DNA from: Octopus bimaculoides
Taxonomy: Eukaryota
DNA: 64,000 bases
Direction: 5' to 3'
NCBI RefSeq assembly: GCF_001194135.2
Contig: NC_068983.1
Location: 72,799,039-72,863,038 of the forward strand
The notes under the pieces were generated by a model. It had not been told where the DNA came from. It was given only the letters and a program-made list of their open reading frames with translations, and did not search any database. A program made the position numbers and the translations under genes. Below, piece by piece: positions 1-13,651 of the stretch (its first letter is position 1; every line of letters starts with the position of its first letter).

Positions 1-1135
1 AAAATCAAATCAATAAAATAAAGTATACGCTGCATTCAAAATAAAATAAAATAAAATTACAATAGCATATACGTATATATGCATGTATTTTCGCCTGGTT
101 TTAACTTTTATACACCCAGCGGTTTCTTAAGAAGTTGGCTGCATATATACACTGAGATCTAATAGGTTTTTTATGTAGATGTCTGTATAGTAACAACACT
201 TACTTATTCATATGCGTGTGCCTGCGCTTACATATAGGACCTGGGTTTGCACTTGTGCATATGCAGTTATGATTTCGTGCGTGTACGTTTTTTTGTGTAT
301 ACATGGGTAAGAGTATATGCTTATATTTATTTATACATACATGCATCTATATTATATATGCGAATGTGCGCTTAGGTTCACACTCACATATACTTAAATG
401 TGTACACACGCATGTATACGGTTATGATCGTAAGTATTTGCGTACATATCAACATATGTATCTATATACGTGATGCTATATACATTTTTGTATACACATA
501 TATACGCAATCTAAATTTTATGCAGGTTTACTATATACATATGTTCTTGCTCATTTTCTCTCTCTACTTCTTCCTTCCTATTCCCAGCCTTTCTCTCTTT
601 TCTTCCCTTGCTATCTTTCTTTCTTTTTTTTCTTTCTTTCTTTCTTTTTTCTCTTTCTTTCTTTCTTTTCTCTCTTTCTTTCTTCCTTTCCTTCCTCATG
701 ACAACCACATTCCCCCACCACCCCCTTTTCTATATTATTAACGTTATTATAGATACGTTACTCTTTACCCCTCCACTCCATAGCTTAAGATACAATTTTT
801 GTTACCAGTGCATAGGTTTTTTTACGCGCAAACTTAAATGCGCGTGTGTGTATATGTGTGTAAATTTGTATTCATGTATATATCTGTGCCTTGTAAATAT
901 ATGCCTATATATGTAGATTGTCTGTGCGTATGCATCTGTGTATTTCGATGTATATGTATATATATATAGATATATATATGTTGTGGATAGCCTTGTATAT
1001 GTATATGCTATTGTAATTTTATTTTATTTTATTTTGAATGCAGCGTATACTTTATTTTATTGATTTGATTTTAATGTGTTAATTCGAATATAATTAATTA
1101 TTTACAATATGTATTTTGAGCCCATTTTTCTATTT
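1..1135. repeat. Low-complexity (TA)/(CA)/(CT)-rich tract
   Basis: Degenerate dinucleotide repeats and a pyrimidine tract at 550-700. Confidence 0.75.
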
Positions 1136-1485
1136 NNNNNNNNNNNNNNNNNNNNNNNNNNNNNNNNNNNNNNNNNNNNNNNNNNNNNNNNNNNNNNNNN
1201 NNNNNNNNNNNNNNNNNNNNNNNNNNNNNNNNNNNNNNNNNNNNNNNNNNNNNNNNNNNNNNNNNNNNNNNNNNNNNNNNNNNNNNNNNNNNNNNNNNNN
1301 NNNNNNNNNNNNNNNNNNNNNNNNNNNNNNNNNNNNNNNNNNNNNNNNNNNNNNNNNNNNNNNNNNNNNNNNNNNNNNNNNNNNNNNNNNNNNNNNNNNN
1401 NNNNNNNNNNNNNNNNNNNNNNNNNNNNNNNNNNNNNNNNNNNNNNNNNNNNNNNNNNNNNNNNNNNNNNNNNNNNNNNNNNNNN

Positions 1486-1525
<40 letters not shown>

Positions 1526-1762
1526 TACATATATATACACGTATATATATATATATATAAGTTAGGCTTTTAACATGAAAAATATTTGTGCTATTTTGAA
1601 CATGCTTATTCCTTGTTGAGAGATATGCATGTCCAGGTCTTATATGTTTTCCCTATACTCCTTTGTCATCTTCCTTTGCAATTTTTTACTCTTATTACAT
1701 TTATATAGATATATGTATGTGCATGTGTATGAAATTGAATTTTATTTTGCTCGTCACAACAG

Positions 1763-1853
1763 TTGCTTCCAAGTACTTCTACTATATATCAATGTTGGAT
1801 AAAAATGGACAAACCAAAACCTACTGAGACAGATACTAAAGAAAATTATTCAG
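1763..1853 (+). CDS. URB1: URB1 exon (LLPSTSTIYQCWIKMDKPKPTETDTKENYS), phase 0 to 1
   Basis: cacaacag acceptor, CAG|gtttgg donor; open frame; phase matches the next exon. Confidence 0.75.
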
Positions 1854-3420
1854 GTTTGGTTACTTTTTCCTATTTCTTGAAATATAAGAACATTTTCCGT
1901 CATTAGTTTTAGTTGAAGAATCAGTTCAAAGTCTGACATGTTGGTTTGCTCATATAAACAGTTTGAAATATCTGGTTTTGAAAATCTAATTGAATGCTTA
2001 GGGAAAACCTTAGATTTGACTCATCAATTATTCTAATTCTATACTTTGGATGAATCTATCATGCAGAAAGGCCATATCAAATGCAGTGTTGTAAGTTAAA
2101 GCGTTAGGTATTCATTTTACTGTTTAGTTTGTTCATATTGGCTGAACACACTAGAATTAGATACATTAGAGATTGGCATGGCAAATTATTTGAAATTCAT
2201 TAGTAGTTTGCATAGAATTTAACATCTCATCATAATGAGTAGATAGCAGAAACAGTAAAGTGTTGAAGAAATATTTTGTGGTATTTGGTTATGTTCTGAG
2301 TACTGATCCCATTCAAGTCTACTTTTCATGCTTTACTTTGCATACATTTCTTACTTAAACTAAAATCTATTAAGTTCATGAAATAAGTACCCTGATTGTA
2401 GCCTAGAAGACAGTACCCCAGCAGGGCTACAATTAAATGACTAAACAAAACGATTAAAATGAATTCAGTAAAACAAAAAAAAAAGGGAGAAAGAATTCAC
2501 CATTTTTAAGATACTGCTCTTTGGCATTGATACATCTGATCCACAAACTAAATTATGTAGAAGTTCAAAGTTATGTATGTTCTAGTTGTATTGGTGAAAG
2601 TAATGGTGGTTGTAAGGAATAGCAAAAAGTTATCTATGAGCTAAATTCAAAACTATTTCAAATTGCTTCTATTCTTCATTATTGTTGATGCTATAATTGT
2701 GAGGATGGAAGTGGCAGTTGTGGCAGTTGTGGCTGTGACTTGTAATGTTATGATATGACTGGAGTGATTGTTGTGGCAGGTTTAACAGCAGTCACTGCTA
2801 CCAGAGTTATTTATGAGAGTAATTGTGAATGTGGCAGTGGTCATGGCTGTTGCTGTGACAGTGGATACTCTCACTTGTAGTTTTGGTTGTTGCAGTTAGG
2901 ATTGAAGAAATAGTTTTTGTGATAGTTGCTTTTGTTTCTCTCTCAGGAGGATAAGACCAAACCTGGTTTCAACACCCAGTTAGAATTACCTCTCTGACAT
3001 TATTGACATCCTGAATATTGTCATGAACATTACTTCTGATTTCTCTTTCTTTAAAAGATTTTTTTTTTTTTTCTTGAAAATTGAAACTTTTTTTTTTTTT
3101 GTTTTTTTTTCAGACAAAGTTGATCCTCTTGAACATGTGGCACTCAGTATGCAGATATTTTGCCTCTATCAATCTCTGATGCCTTCTTCTCTGTCTGATG
3201 CCACCTTTGGAGAAATCATAAGTAGAATGCAGAAGCTTTTTAATCTGTGGAAAGAACACAAGGAAACTACTGAGGAAGACAACAGTGGTAATAGTTGTTC
3301 AGTGTCAGATGAGAGAAACCTGAAGATTCAATTGCAGACTAAAATAAAATTATATTTTTTCAAGTTATTTGCTGACATTGGTCTACAGTGGGCAAAGAGT
3401 GTAAGAGAATATTTGTTTTT

Positions 3421-3461
<41 letters not shown>

Positions 3462-4989
3462 GTTTGTCAATTTTGATTCTGCATCCCCTGAGACCTTAAA
3501 TTTGACCCCCCCCTATCCTTTCCATCATATCTTTCTTGGTTTTCCTTTTCATGGGTATATTTCACTGTCAGCACACTATTTTTTCCACACAATTGCCATC
3601 CATATTTGCATTGCCTTTTCATTACATTTGCTGACACCAGACTGGTAAAATCAGTGCAGATTAATTTTCAGTTTTTTTTACTGAACGGTAATGTCCTTAT
3701 GGAAAATTTAGGTAAAGATTGAGTTGACAGGTTTGCAGTTTCAAGATAGCATTTGTTGAAATGCTTAAGTGTGGGCTTCAGGATTGAGACATAGTAGGAA
3801 TGACAAAAGAACTTGTTTAGATTGAGAATCTACTATACATTTCACTACTGATATGCTATTTCAAAGTATTATGTTAAAGAGGTTCTGTTTAATTTCTCTT
3901 TATGACTTCCATTCTACTGACCATTTAATTTAATTTGTCTTCCATTCTCCCAAGGTCATCATCATCATCATCGTTTAACGTCTGCTTTCCATGCTAGCAT
4001 GGATTGGACGAGGTATTAACATTATTTAAAAATAACAATTTTAAATTACTATTTTGTCAATCCAGTAGAAGAAAATTTATTTAAAAATACAGAAATAGTT
4101 TATTCTCAAACACATGATAATGCTAATTCAATAGCATGAACAGGATAAACTATCCATATATTGCAGAAAAAATTGTTACCGGCCAGCCTGCTGTTTATTT
4201 TAAGATTTTTTTCTTTTCTGTTTTTAATCATTACTAAGTCAGGGGAATAACCCAGGGAGGAAATTATCAGATTGGAAACCTAGCTTAAATATTTGCAGTA
4301 GAGGTATTACTTGAAGCTGTTTGAGCAGTGTCATCTGCTTGGTGCTACTTTATTTGCATGTCTTTTTGTTTATAATATAATTCCTTTATGTAAATCATCC
4401 AAGTCAGAAAGATTGCTCTGATAATTATATTGACTGATTCGGTATATGAACTGGGCCTTCCCTTTAGGAAGCTGGCTGCTCTTATATGGAACATGGACAA
4501 CTTCATGCCTCTAATCTGCTTTAACACATTAATGCAGATTATGTAAGGAAGGATTCTCATGGTTAAAATTATGCAAGTACTGGTGGTAAAATGAAAAATT
4601 TACTTTGTTTTGAAGCATTTATGTCTTTGCTTTTAACCCTATTTTCTTTCTTATTTTCTAGAATGATCTGAAGCAAGCTCACATACACATTATTCTGGAT
4701 TTGTTAGTAACCATTCAAGATCCTCAACTGCTTATAATCAACAAGTCATTAGTATGTCAGGTAAATTTGTGTTACTCTTCAGATAAGTACAGGCACTGCC
4801 ACACACAGTATTTTGCAAACAATTCGATTAAAATCTTCTTGGATTAAAGTTTACATATAAGCATAACAGTGAGGAATGTACAGTTAATATTTAGAGGTGA
4901 AGGGGGTTAATCTTTTGTTTATTTTAGCCACTATATTCAAGGTATTGGGACACAACCTTGAAGAATTTTTAGTCAAATGAAACAATGCA

Positions 4990-5021
<32 letters not shown>

Positions 5022-8000
5022 CAGCTCCTCTACAAAACTGGTTTCTTTGCGGGTTTGAAAAATGAAATCCTTATATGGCTTGATTGGCTGGTTCATTTTG
5101 GTGCTGGCCAAGAAGGGGATACTTTACTCCAGTTTGTGTCAAATTTATTTATGGTTTATATTTCAAATCCTTACACACACATTGACCAAGTGATAAATGT
5201 GATCGCTAAGGCTCCCAAACTTGGAACTGAAGTCAGTGAAGATGACAAACTGAGCACATCTCTTCTTGATGCAGTTTTAGAAAGTAAGTATATTAGTGAA
5301 ATATCTTTAACCTTATAGCATTTAAACTGATTTCCAGCCCATATATTCTTCCAGTTTCATGTTCAAACCAGCCAGATCCAGCCTCTCACACCTACCTTAC
5401 AATGTCGTCCTTTAACAAAATAATCACATCAGGATAGTCTCAAAGCTATGAGATAATGCATGATTAATTTAAAACTATGCAAATAAGTATTACATTTGGC
5501 AGAGTAATCTGAATGCTAAAGGGTTATAATAGTAATGATAATAATCATCATCATTATATAACTTCTGTCTTCCATGCTGGTATGGGTTGGATGGTTTGAC
5601 AGGACAAGCTCCAGTCTTCTTTGGCGTAGATTTTACAGCTGGATGCACTTTATAGAGTGAACTGGATGCTTTTTATATGGCACCAGCACTGACAAGGTTT
5701 GCTTTGACATAGTTTTATGGATGGTTGCCCTTCTTAATGCCAACCACTTTACAGAGTGGACTCGGTGCTTTTTATGTGGAAGCAGCACCAGTAAGGTCAC
5801 TACTGTGAATAATTTTGCTAAACTGACAAACCAATATCAAATTAAACAGAATAAGAGTCCTTTTATCGAGTGCTATTTATTGTTCACAAATGCATGACAT
5901 AGGAGAAAGGTAGCATTGTAAGAGAAATAAATGAATAATCCTCTGAGTTCAACCATGCTACTTATTTTTATTCCTGGGTTTTTTTGGTTTTTTTATTGTA
6001 TTTACATGATAGCAATGGTTAGATTGTTGAGAAAATCTGGATGTATAACAAGTGTTTTATAACTAGGACAGTCCTTCTAAAACCTCTCATTTGATCATAA
6101 AGTAGAAATAGTACCAATTTTCATTTTGGTACATAGTGGTCACAAAAGCAGTACTTGCAGTTCACCATTGCATCAGTAAGCTTACTTGTATATCATCCAA
6201 CTTTTATTCTTGGTTTGTCAGAATGAAAGATTAATCCATACTTTTGGCCTAAAATTAATTTTCAGAAAATTCCCAATTCCTATTTAAATATATATTTGGG
6301 TACTTCTTTCTATTTTTATTTTATTTACTTTCCATCTAGTTTTATCTTTTTCATAATACTTGTATATTCACTTAAAAAATTATGAAAAATTTCTTTATCT
6401 CTTGATTTTGTCATGTGTTTAATAGATTTTAATGAAGCTGAATTAAATGAGGCTGAATCTGAAACTGTTGTAGCTGACAGCAACAAGAACAGCATCAGGT
6501 AAATGAAAGAAGTTTTATCCTTTTCTTTCTAAAATTTGCTTCTATATTATAATGGAGAAAGCTGCTTATTAATTAGGTATGTAACAGTTACTAAAAGTAC
6601 TAAAAGAAATCAATTATTAAAGGCTTGACTATCTGGAAATTTTTTTATAAATTCATGTTCCAAGAAATTTCCTATAATTTGGATTTCTGAACTTTATCAA
6701 ATTTTTGATCTCCAATTTTTCACAAATTTAAATATTTGTTGCATTCACTGTGGAGTATTCCATTTTCATTTTCAAAGTCTCTCACTCTTTATTTCAATGT
6801 TTTCATTTCAAGTTTTAATTTGCTATTTGGAAAACCCAGTTTATTCTGTATACATTAATATAAGAACATTATTTATTGAAGGAAAATTTTTTCATATACT
6901 GGTATAATTTTTTGGGGAAAAAAAAAGGGATTTTGTTGTTATGGCTGTTTGGAACACTATAAGCCTTACAATAATAACTATCTGGACAGATTTGGGCCAT
7001 TTTTTTAAAAATTAAAAACCATGGGAGGAGCCTTTTTTGTAAAAAAGAAAAAAAAATGTAAATATTTTCAGAGGAAGTGGTGAACAATTTAAGGGAGGTT
7101 TGGCTGTTTTTTAATATACTAGTATTAATTTTAGTAAAAAAAAATTAAGATGTGATTTTATTGTTACGGCTGTTTCGAACAGTATAGATAACTATCTGGA
7201 CTGACTTTGGTTCCCCCCACCGCCTTTTTTTATTTTTTTTTAGTGAAAAAAGAAAAAAAAAAATTGTAAATATTTTCAGAGGAAAAGATGAACAATTCAA
7301 GGGTAGTTTGACTATTGTTTCTAGCACAACCCAAACTACACTCCATTTTCACTCTCATGTGTATTGATGTTTCTTCAATATTTTTCTACCCTTAAACACA
7401 TTTTATAGAATGATGATTTCAAAGTAACACACACATGGTCCATTGGTGGAATTTAAGCAGCAAAATAAAATTGTAATTTAAATTTTTACCCCCATCTCAA
7501 TCAAGCAAAACCGTGCATGTAAGAAAGACATACAAAAGTATGCTATTAAAATGAATTATCATTTACATAACACTTATCAACTAACACTCAGCTACGACCA
7601 TCGTGTTTGGCATCTAATAACCAGGTCTAATTTATTCAGTATATTCACCTATTTTGAAGGTAATACAATAAAATTTGAAGATTATGCTGCTATTTCTAGC
7701 ATGCCAAACAGTCACAGGGAGACTTTGGTATGCTAGCCAATTACTACAGTTACTTGAGACATCATTCTCATGTTTAAATTTCTAAATATCTGAACAAAAG
7801 TCAATCACTGAGAATTACTTTTTCCTCAGTTACATTATGAGAGATTTAGGAGTCTTCATTCTTTTAAAGTCTTCCAGAATTGTTGGTACTAATATCTCAA
7901 TATCCTTGGACCAGAAATCTGTTCCCAATGTTTGCAACAGAGTTAACACTGCTAAATGCACATGAGGACTAGGTGATGTTATCGAAAAACCAAGTGGTGA

Positions 8001-11000
8001 ATGAACACTACCTCCCAAAAATAGAAACAGATCTACCCAACTTCACTGAAAAGATCAACCTGAGACTATGGTAGAAGACACTTGGCCAAAATGCCATGTA
8101 GTAGGATTGAACTCAAATTCACATAATTGCATTCAAAAGGTTATTCATCTTCTGCCTTGAGTCTTATCAAAAGAAATTATCATCATCATGTATTACATNN
8201 NNNNNNNNNNNNNNNNNNNNNNNNNNNNNNNNNNNNNNNNNNNNNNNNNNNNNNNNNNNNNNNNNNNNNNNNNNNNNNNNNNNNNNNNNNNNNNNNNNNN
8301 NNNNNNNNNNNNNNNNNNNNNNNNNNNNNNNNNNNNNNNNNNNNNNNNNNNNNNNNNNNNNNNNNNNNNNNNNNNNNNNNNNNNNNNNNNNNNNNNNNNN
8401 NNNNNNNNNNNNNNNNNNNNNNNNNNNNNNNNNNNNNNNNNNNNNNNNNNNNNNNNNNNNNNNNNNNNNNNNNNNNNNNCATGTAGTAGGATTGAACTCA
8501 AATTCACATAATTGCATTCAAAAGGTTATTCATCTTCTGCCTTGAGTCTTATCAAAAGAAATTATCATCATCATGTATTACATCTGTTTATTTAATCAAT
8601 TATTGTTCTCTTACTTTTTAAAAAATATCTAGATTACCATTCAGTCCTCTGATTATCATTGCTTCTGATCTGACTAAGGATGAACCTGCATCAAAAAATT
8701 CTGGTAACTTTTCTTATTATTCTTGCTTCAGCATCTCCATTATGTTTTGTAATTATAAAGTAACTAACACAAACATAAATACATAACGTCAGTATTTTCT
8801 GGTCTGATTTTCGTCATCTGGTGATAACTAACTGGTAATCTGAGGTTTGGATTGTCTATGTTTATTCCACTGCAGGACAAAGGCCTCAGCATGTTTTCTC
8901 CACCAATCACGGTCTGATGTGCAGGTCATGAATTTGAGCTTGAAACCATTGGTTTGATGGACCTACTCTGCTACACAGGCTCAACATGGCTTGGCAGAAG
9001 GGTGCAGTTTTTATACTCTTACCCAGATATAGTTAAGTCAATTACTTCAATTCCAGTGCTCAACTGGTACTTATTTTATTGACCCTGAAAGGATGACAGG
9101 TAAAGTCAACCTGACAGAATTTGAACTAAGAACATAAAGATGAATAAAATACCACTAAGCATTTCACCTGGTATACTCTTTTACTTGTTTCAGTCATTTG
9201 ACTGCGTCCATGCTTGGGCACCGCCTTTTAGTCGAGCAAATTGACCCCAGGACTTATTCTTTGTAAGCCTAGTACTTATTCTATCGGTCTCTTTTTGCCA
9301 AACTGCTAAGTTACGGGGGCATAAACACACCAGCCTCTGTTGTCAAGCGAAGTTGGGGGACAAACATATACACACATACACACACATATATATATATATA
9401 TATACCGGAGTAAGCACATGAAATGTGCAACAAGGTGGAAAAAAGAGTACTCAAATACCAGAGGTAGAGTAATATGCTTTTTTCCACCNNNNNNNNNNNN
9501 NNNNNNNNNNNNNNNNNNNNNNNNNNNNNNNNNNNNNNNNNNNNNNNNNNNNNNNNNNNNNNNNNNNNNNNNNNNNNNNNNNNNNNNNNNNNNNNNNNNN
9601 NNNNNNNNNNNNNNNNNNNNNNNNNNNNNNNNNNNNNNNNNNNNNNNNNNNNNNNNNNNNNNNNNNNNNNNNNNNNNNNNNNNNNNNNNNNNNNNNNNNN
9701 NNNNNNNNNNNNNNNNNNNNNNNNNNNNNNNNNNNNNNNNNNNNNNNNNNNNNNNNNNNNNNNNNNNNNNNNNNNNNNNNNNNNNNNNNNNNNNNNNNNN
9801 NNNNNNNNNNNNNNNNNNNNNNNNNNNNNNNNNNNNNNNNNNNNNNNNNNNNNNNNNNNNNNNNNNNNNNNNNNNNNNNNNNNNNNNNNNNNNNNNNNNN
9901 NNNNNNNNNNNNNACGGGCTTCTTTCAGTTTCCGTATACCAAATCCACTCACAAGGCTTTGGTCGGCCCGAGGCTATAGTAGAAGACACTTGCCCAAGGT
10001 GCCACGCAGTGGGACTGAACCCAGAACCATGTGGTTGGTAAGCAAGCTACTAACCACACAGCCACTCTTGCGCCTATACTAGCAATTCTGCCAGCTCACT
10101 GCCATATAAGGGATAATGTTCTTAAGTGGGGCTTTTTTTTTGTATCATTATGAAATACTATTTTATTTGCTTCAATCACTAGACTACACACATACTTGGG
10201 CAATTTCTCCTTTCATAATAAAATCGGTACAAAAAACATTCACTTTGCCTCTAACTACATCTTTTTTTTAGGTACTTGCAGTTAACCCTAGACCTGTCCT
10301 GATCATGCTTACTTATGATCAAATGTATTCCAGCCATAACCACCTCATCTTCTTTTAACTCTTAGAGTGATATAGTGGGGGCAATGCTAGGTGTGCACAT
10401 GTCGTAGCACTGATAAAGTGGTGTGGAAACATTGAGGGCAGCATGTTCTTGATTATGCATGTTTTGACCCTGTTTTGATCGACCAATCAAAATGTCAGTT
10501 ACATCTGAAAGTAAGAGAATATGTCTGCGACCAGTCTGATTATTTTGGTAGTGTGTTCTTAAAGGAATAGTGAGAAATTTCACAATGAAATGAGATTTGA
10601 TATGTGAAAGTGAACCTGAGCCATCAAGATCAAAACACAAAAACCAAAAGCTCTACACTGCCAGTCAAGTGCTGGACATATTGGATGAATTCAATAGCCA
10701 ATGCAGACACTACTGATTCTTCAAATTATGGGCCCCAAACATTCCAGACAGCGTAAATGGTGAGTTTAAGCCAAATGTGTTTGTAAATATATTTCTAGAT
10801 AATCAATTCTGGGAAAAACCTTGTTATGAGAGCCTTGTATCTCATCCATGTCGGTACTGGGCATAAATAGCTTGGGAGCCCGGGCACAGGATTAGAGCAT
10901 CATGGTCAGGGCTCAAAGGGTTAAGGCAGCAGTGTTATTTTAGTGAGACATGGTTGCTATTTCTAGTATTTCCTATAAACAAGTAGCAACTTCTTTTATA

Positions 11001-13620
11001 TGTTCAGTATTTTTTTTATAATGGATATTTTAATTTTTTCTACAGAAACTTGTTGCAAAATATTCTTTTTTAATTTGTTTTGAAATTTCTTCTGATTTTA
11101 ACCTTTTTATTTTCAGCCTTGAAAAATTTCTTAAGATCTGTGTTATTAGATTTGTTCCATGCTCAGTCGGATCCACTGGCTCTTTGTTCTTTTGTGCTCA
11201 ACAAAAATATCAAAGACCTCTGGTGGATGAATAAAAGAATTGTTAATTATATCAGATCGATCTTACCAGACACAAAAGTAAGTAACAGTTAGATTTCAAT
11301 ATTGTTTCAAAGCCTGTTTCTGTACCTAAATTTTAATCCTTCTTAAATCAATCATATAATTCATATTTTCAGTTGAAGATAAAAACCGATCCTGTTGACC
11401 TTGAAACTGCTGAAACAGAAACATTTTCAGATTTGTTTAAAACATTCTACCGAAATTNNNNNNNNNNNNNNNNNNNNNNNNNNNNNNNNNNNNNNNNNNN
11501 NNNNNNNNNNNNNNNNNNNNNNNNNNNNNNNNNNNNNNNNNNNNNNNNNNNNNNNNNNNNNNNNNNNNNNNNNNNNNNNNNNNNNNNNNNNNNNNNNNNN
11601 NNNNNNNNNNNNNNNNNNNNNNNNNNNNNNNNNNNNNNNNNNNNNNNNNNNNNNNNNNNNNNNNNNNNNNNNNNNNNNNNNNNNNNNNNNNNNNNNNNNN
11701 NNNNNNNNNNNNNNNNNNNNNNNNNNNNNNNNNNNNNNNNNNNNNNNNNNNNNNNNNNNNNNNNNNNNNNNNNNNNNNNNNNNNNNNNNNNNNNNNNNNN
11801 NNNNNNNNNNNNNNNNNNNNNNNNNNNNNNNNNNNNNNNNNNNNNNNNNNNNNNNNNNNNNNNNNNNNNNNNNNNNNNNNNNNNNNNNNNNNNNNNNNNN
11901 NNNNNNNNNNNNNNNNNNNNNNNNNNNNNNNNNNNNNNNNNNNNNNNNNNNNNNNNNNNNNATTATAGACTGCAGAAAAATGAAACTTATTATTTAACTA
12001 TGGTGTTTAATTTTGAATTTTTTTTCATTTTTACAGGGTACTGAAGTTTTACCTGATGCCAGAAAAACTTTAGAACTTTATTTCAAAATTATAAAGAAAA
12101 TATTAAATCATTTATTTGAGGAACTTTCAAAGGATTCCTCTGTAAATCCTTTAGAACAGTTTGCTCTGAAAGATTTTGAAATTTTTCAAATGCAGAAGAC
12201 TCCAGTAGGAGACCTCTTGAAGCAAGTCCTTGATATTCTCTCATCTCAAAGTTCTTTGCTGTATTGGTTTTTCTTTCTTGATAAAAATTCCTTAGAATCT
12301 AAATGCACCAGTGAAACTTACAGTTTTATCAAGAATCTTGTTACTGATGAATTAGTTCAGATATTTTGTCTTTTATCTAAGGTATCCAGTAAGAAAAAAA
12401 AGATCCTTCCAGAAGTTTATAGCCTGAAAATACTTCAGTCTCTAAATAACTTATGTCAGCAGTCCAAGAAAAAAGGAGTTATTAAAGCAGATGTTTTTAA
12501 AAATATAAGCAACCTTGTTGATACTCTTGATTTTATTACCATCCAAAAAATTATTACTATTTTTGTTCAATCCCCAAAGAATAGTGTAATTTATGAAGAT
12601 AGTTTGAATATTTCTGGTGAAACTTTAGTGAAGTTACTGAATCATTTATTAACAAATAATAAAAATATGGACTTAGAAATAACAAATGTAAATATTATTT
12701 TTCATCTCCTGAAATCCTCTAAACTGTTGATGGGACTCTTTACAAGATTACTTCTTTTCAAACCATATTACTGTTTAGTGTGCTCTGCCAAAACATTTAA
12801 ATATTTCCTCACTATGGAACCTCCAGATCATTTAAACCTGGTTCAGATTTTGATGAAATTTAATCCAAATTTAGATCAGGTTTTTGTTGACTGGATTCTG
12901 GAAGATGGCTTGACTAAGGACTGTTTAGAAACATATCTTGAAGTGTGTATTTGTTGGTGCCAATTGCAGAATGTACCACTTGAAGGTTTGTGGATTTCTT
13001 GAATATATTAACCTTAATCTTTTATCTAATGAAACATTTTTTTAAATAAGTAAAGTATTTATTAACTTCAATCTTTAACAGTATTTACTTCCAATCTTTG
13101 TTGTTGTTTTTTTAGACAAATTTTAGTTTTTACTTTTTACTGCCTTCCCAATATGTACTTCAGGAGACATCAATAGAGTCACCACTTCGGTTTTTTTTTT
13201 TTTTTCTTGTGACTTTTATGTGAAATTAATAGCTCTCTATCTATTTAATTTGAAGATTGTAAGTTGGCAAGTGGAAAACACCCAATATGCTTTTAAGTGT
13301 ATATTTACATAAGAAAATCAATTTCAAAACAATAGCTGTTCATGGTTTTCAGTGTAGTTGCTAGTATTAATTTGTTTAATTTTCCATGTTACAGGTGACA
13401 AAATAGTATGTCTCAAGAAAATCACTAAGATTTACCGTAAATATCTGTTTAAATGGATGAACCAACTGGGAACAACTGATCCAGAGGATAGTTCTCACAA
13501 TACCAAATGCTATAAACTTTTACAAGAATTTACTCGATTACATGTTTCTGGTATGTGTTTTATCTCTTTTTCTTTTCTTTGAAGACTTCATTTAAAAAAA
13601 GAACACGCACACGCACGCGT

Positions 13621-13651
<31 letters not shown>

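Noticed and set aside
400-916. ORFs rich in F/S/L, K/R/E or Y/I/H/T
   Set aside because: Translations of (CT)n, (TA)n and (CA)n low-complexity DNA.
8095-8583. Exact 104-bp direct repeat (8095-8198, 8480-8583)
   Set aside because: The copies abut both sides of an N gap, the signature of an unmerged contig overlap.
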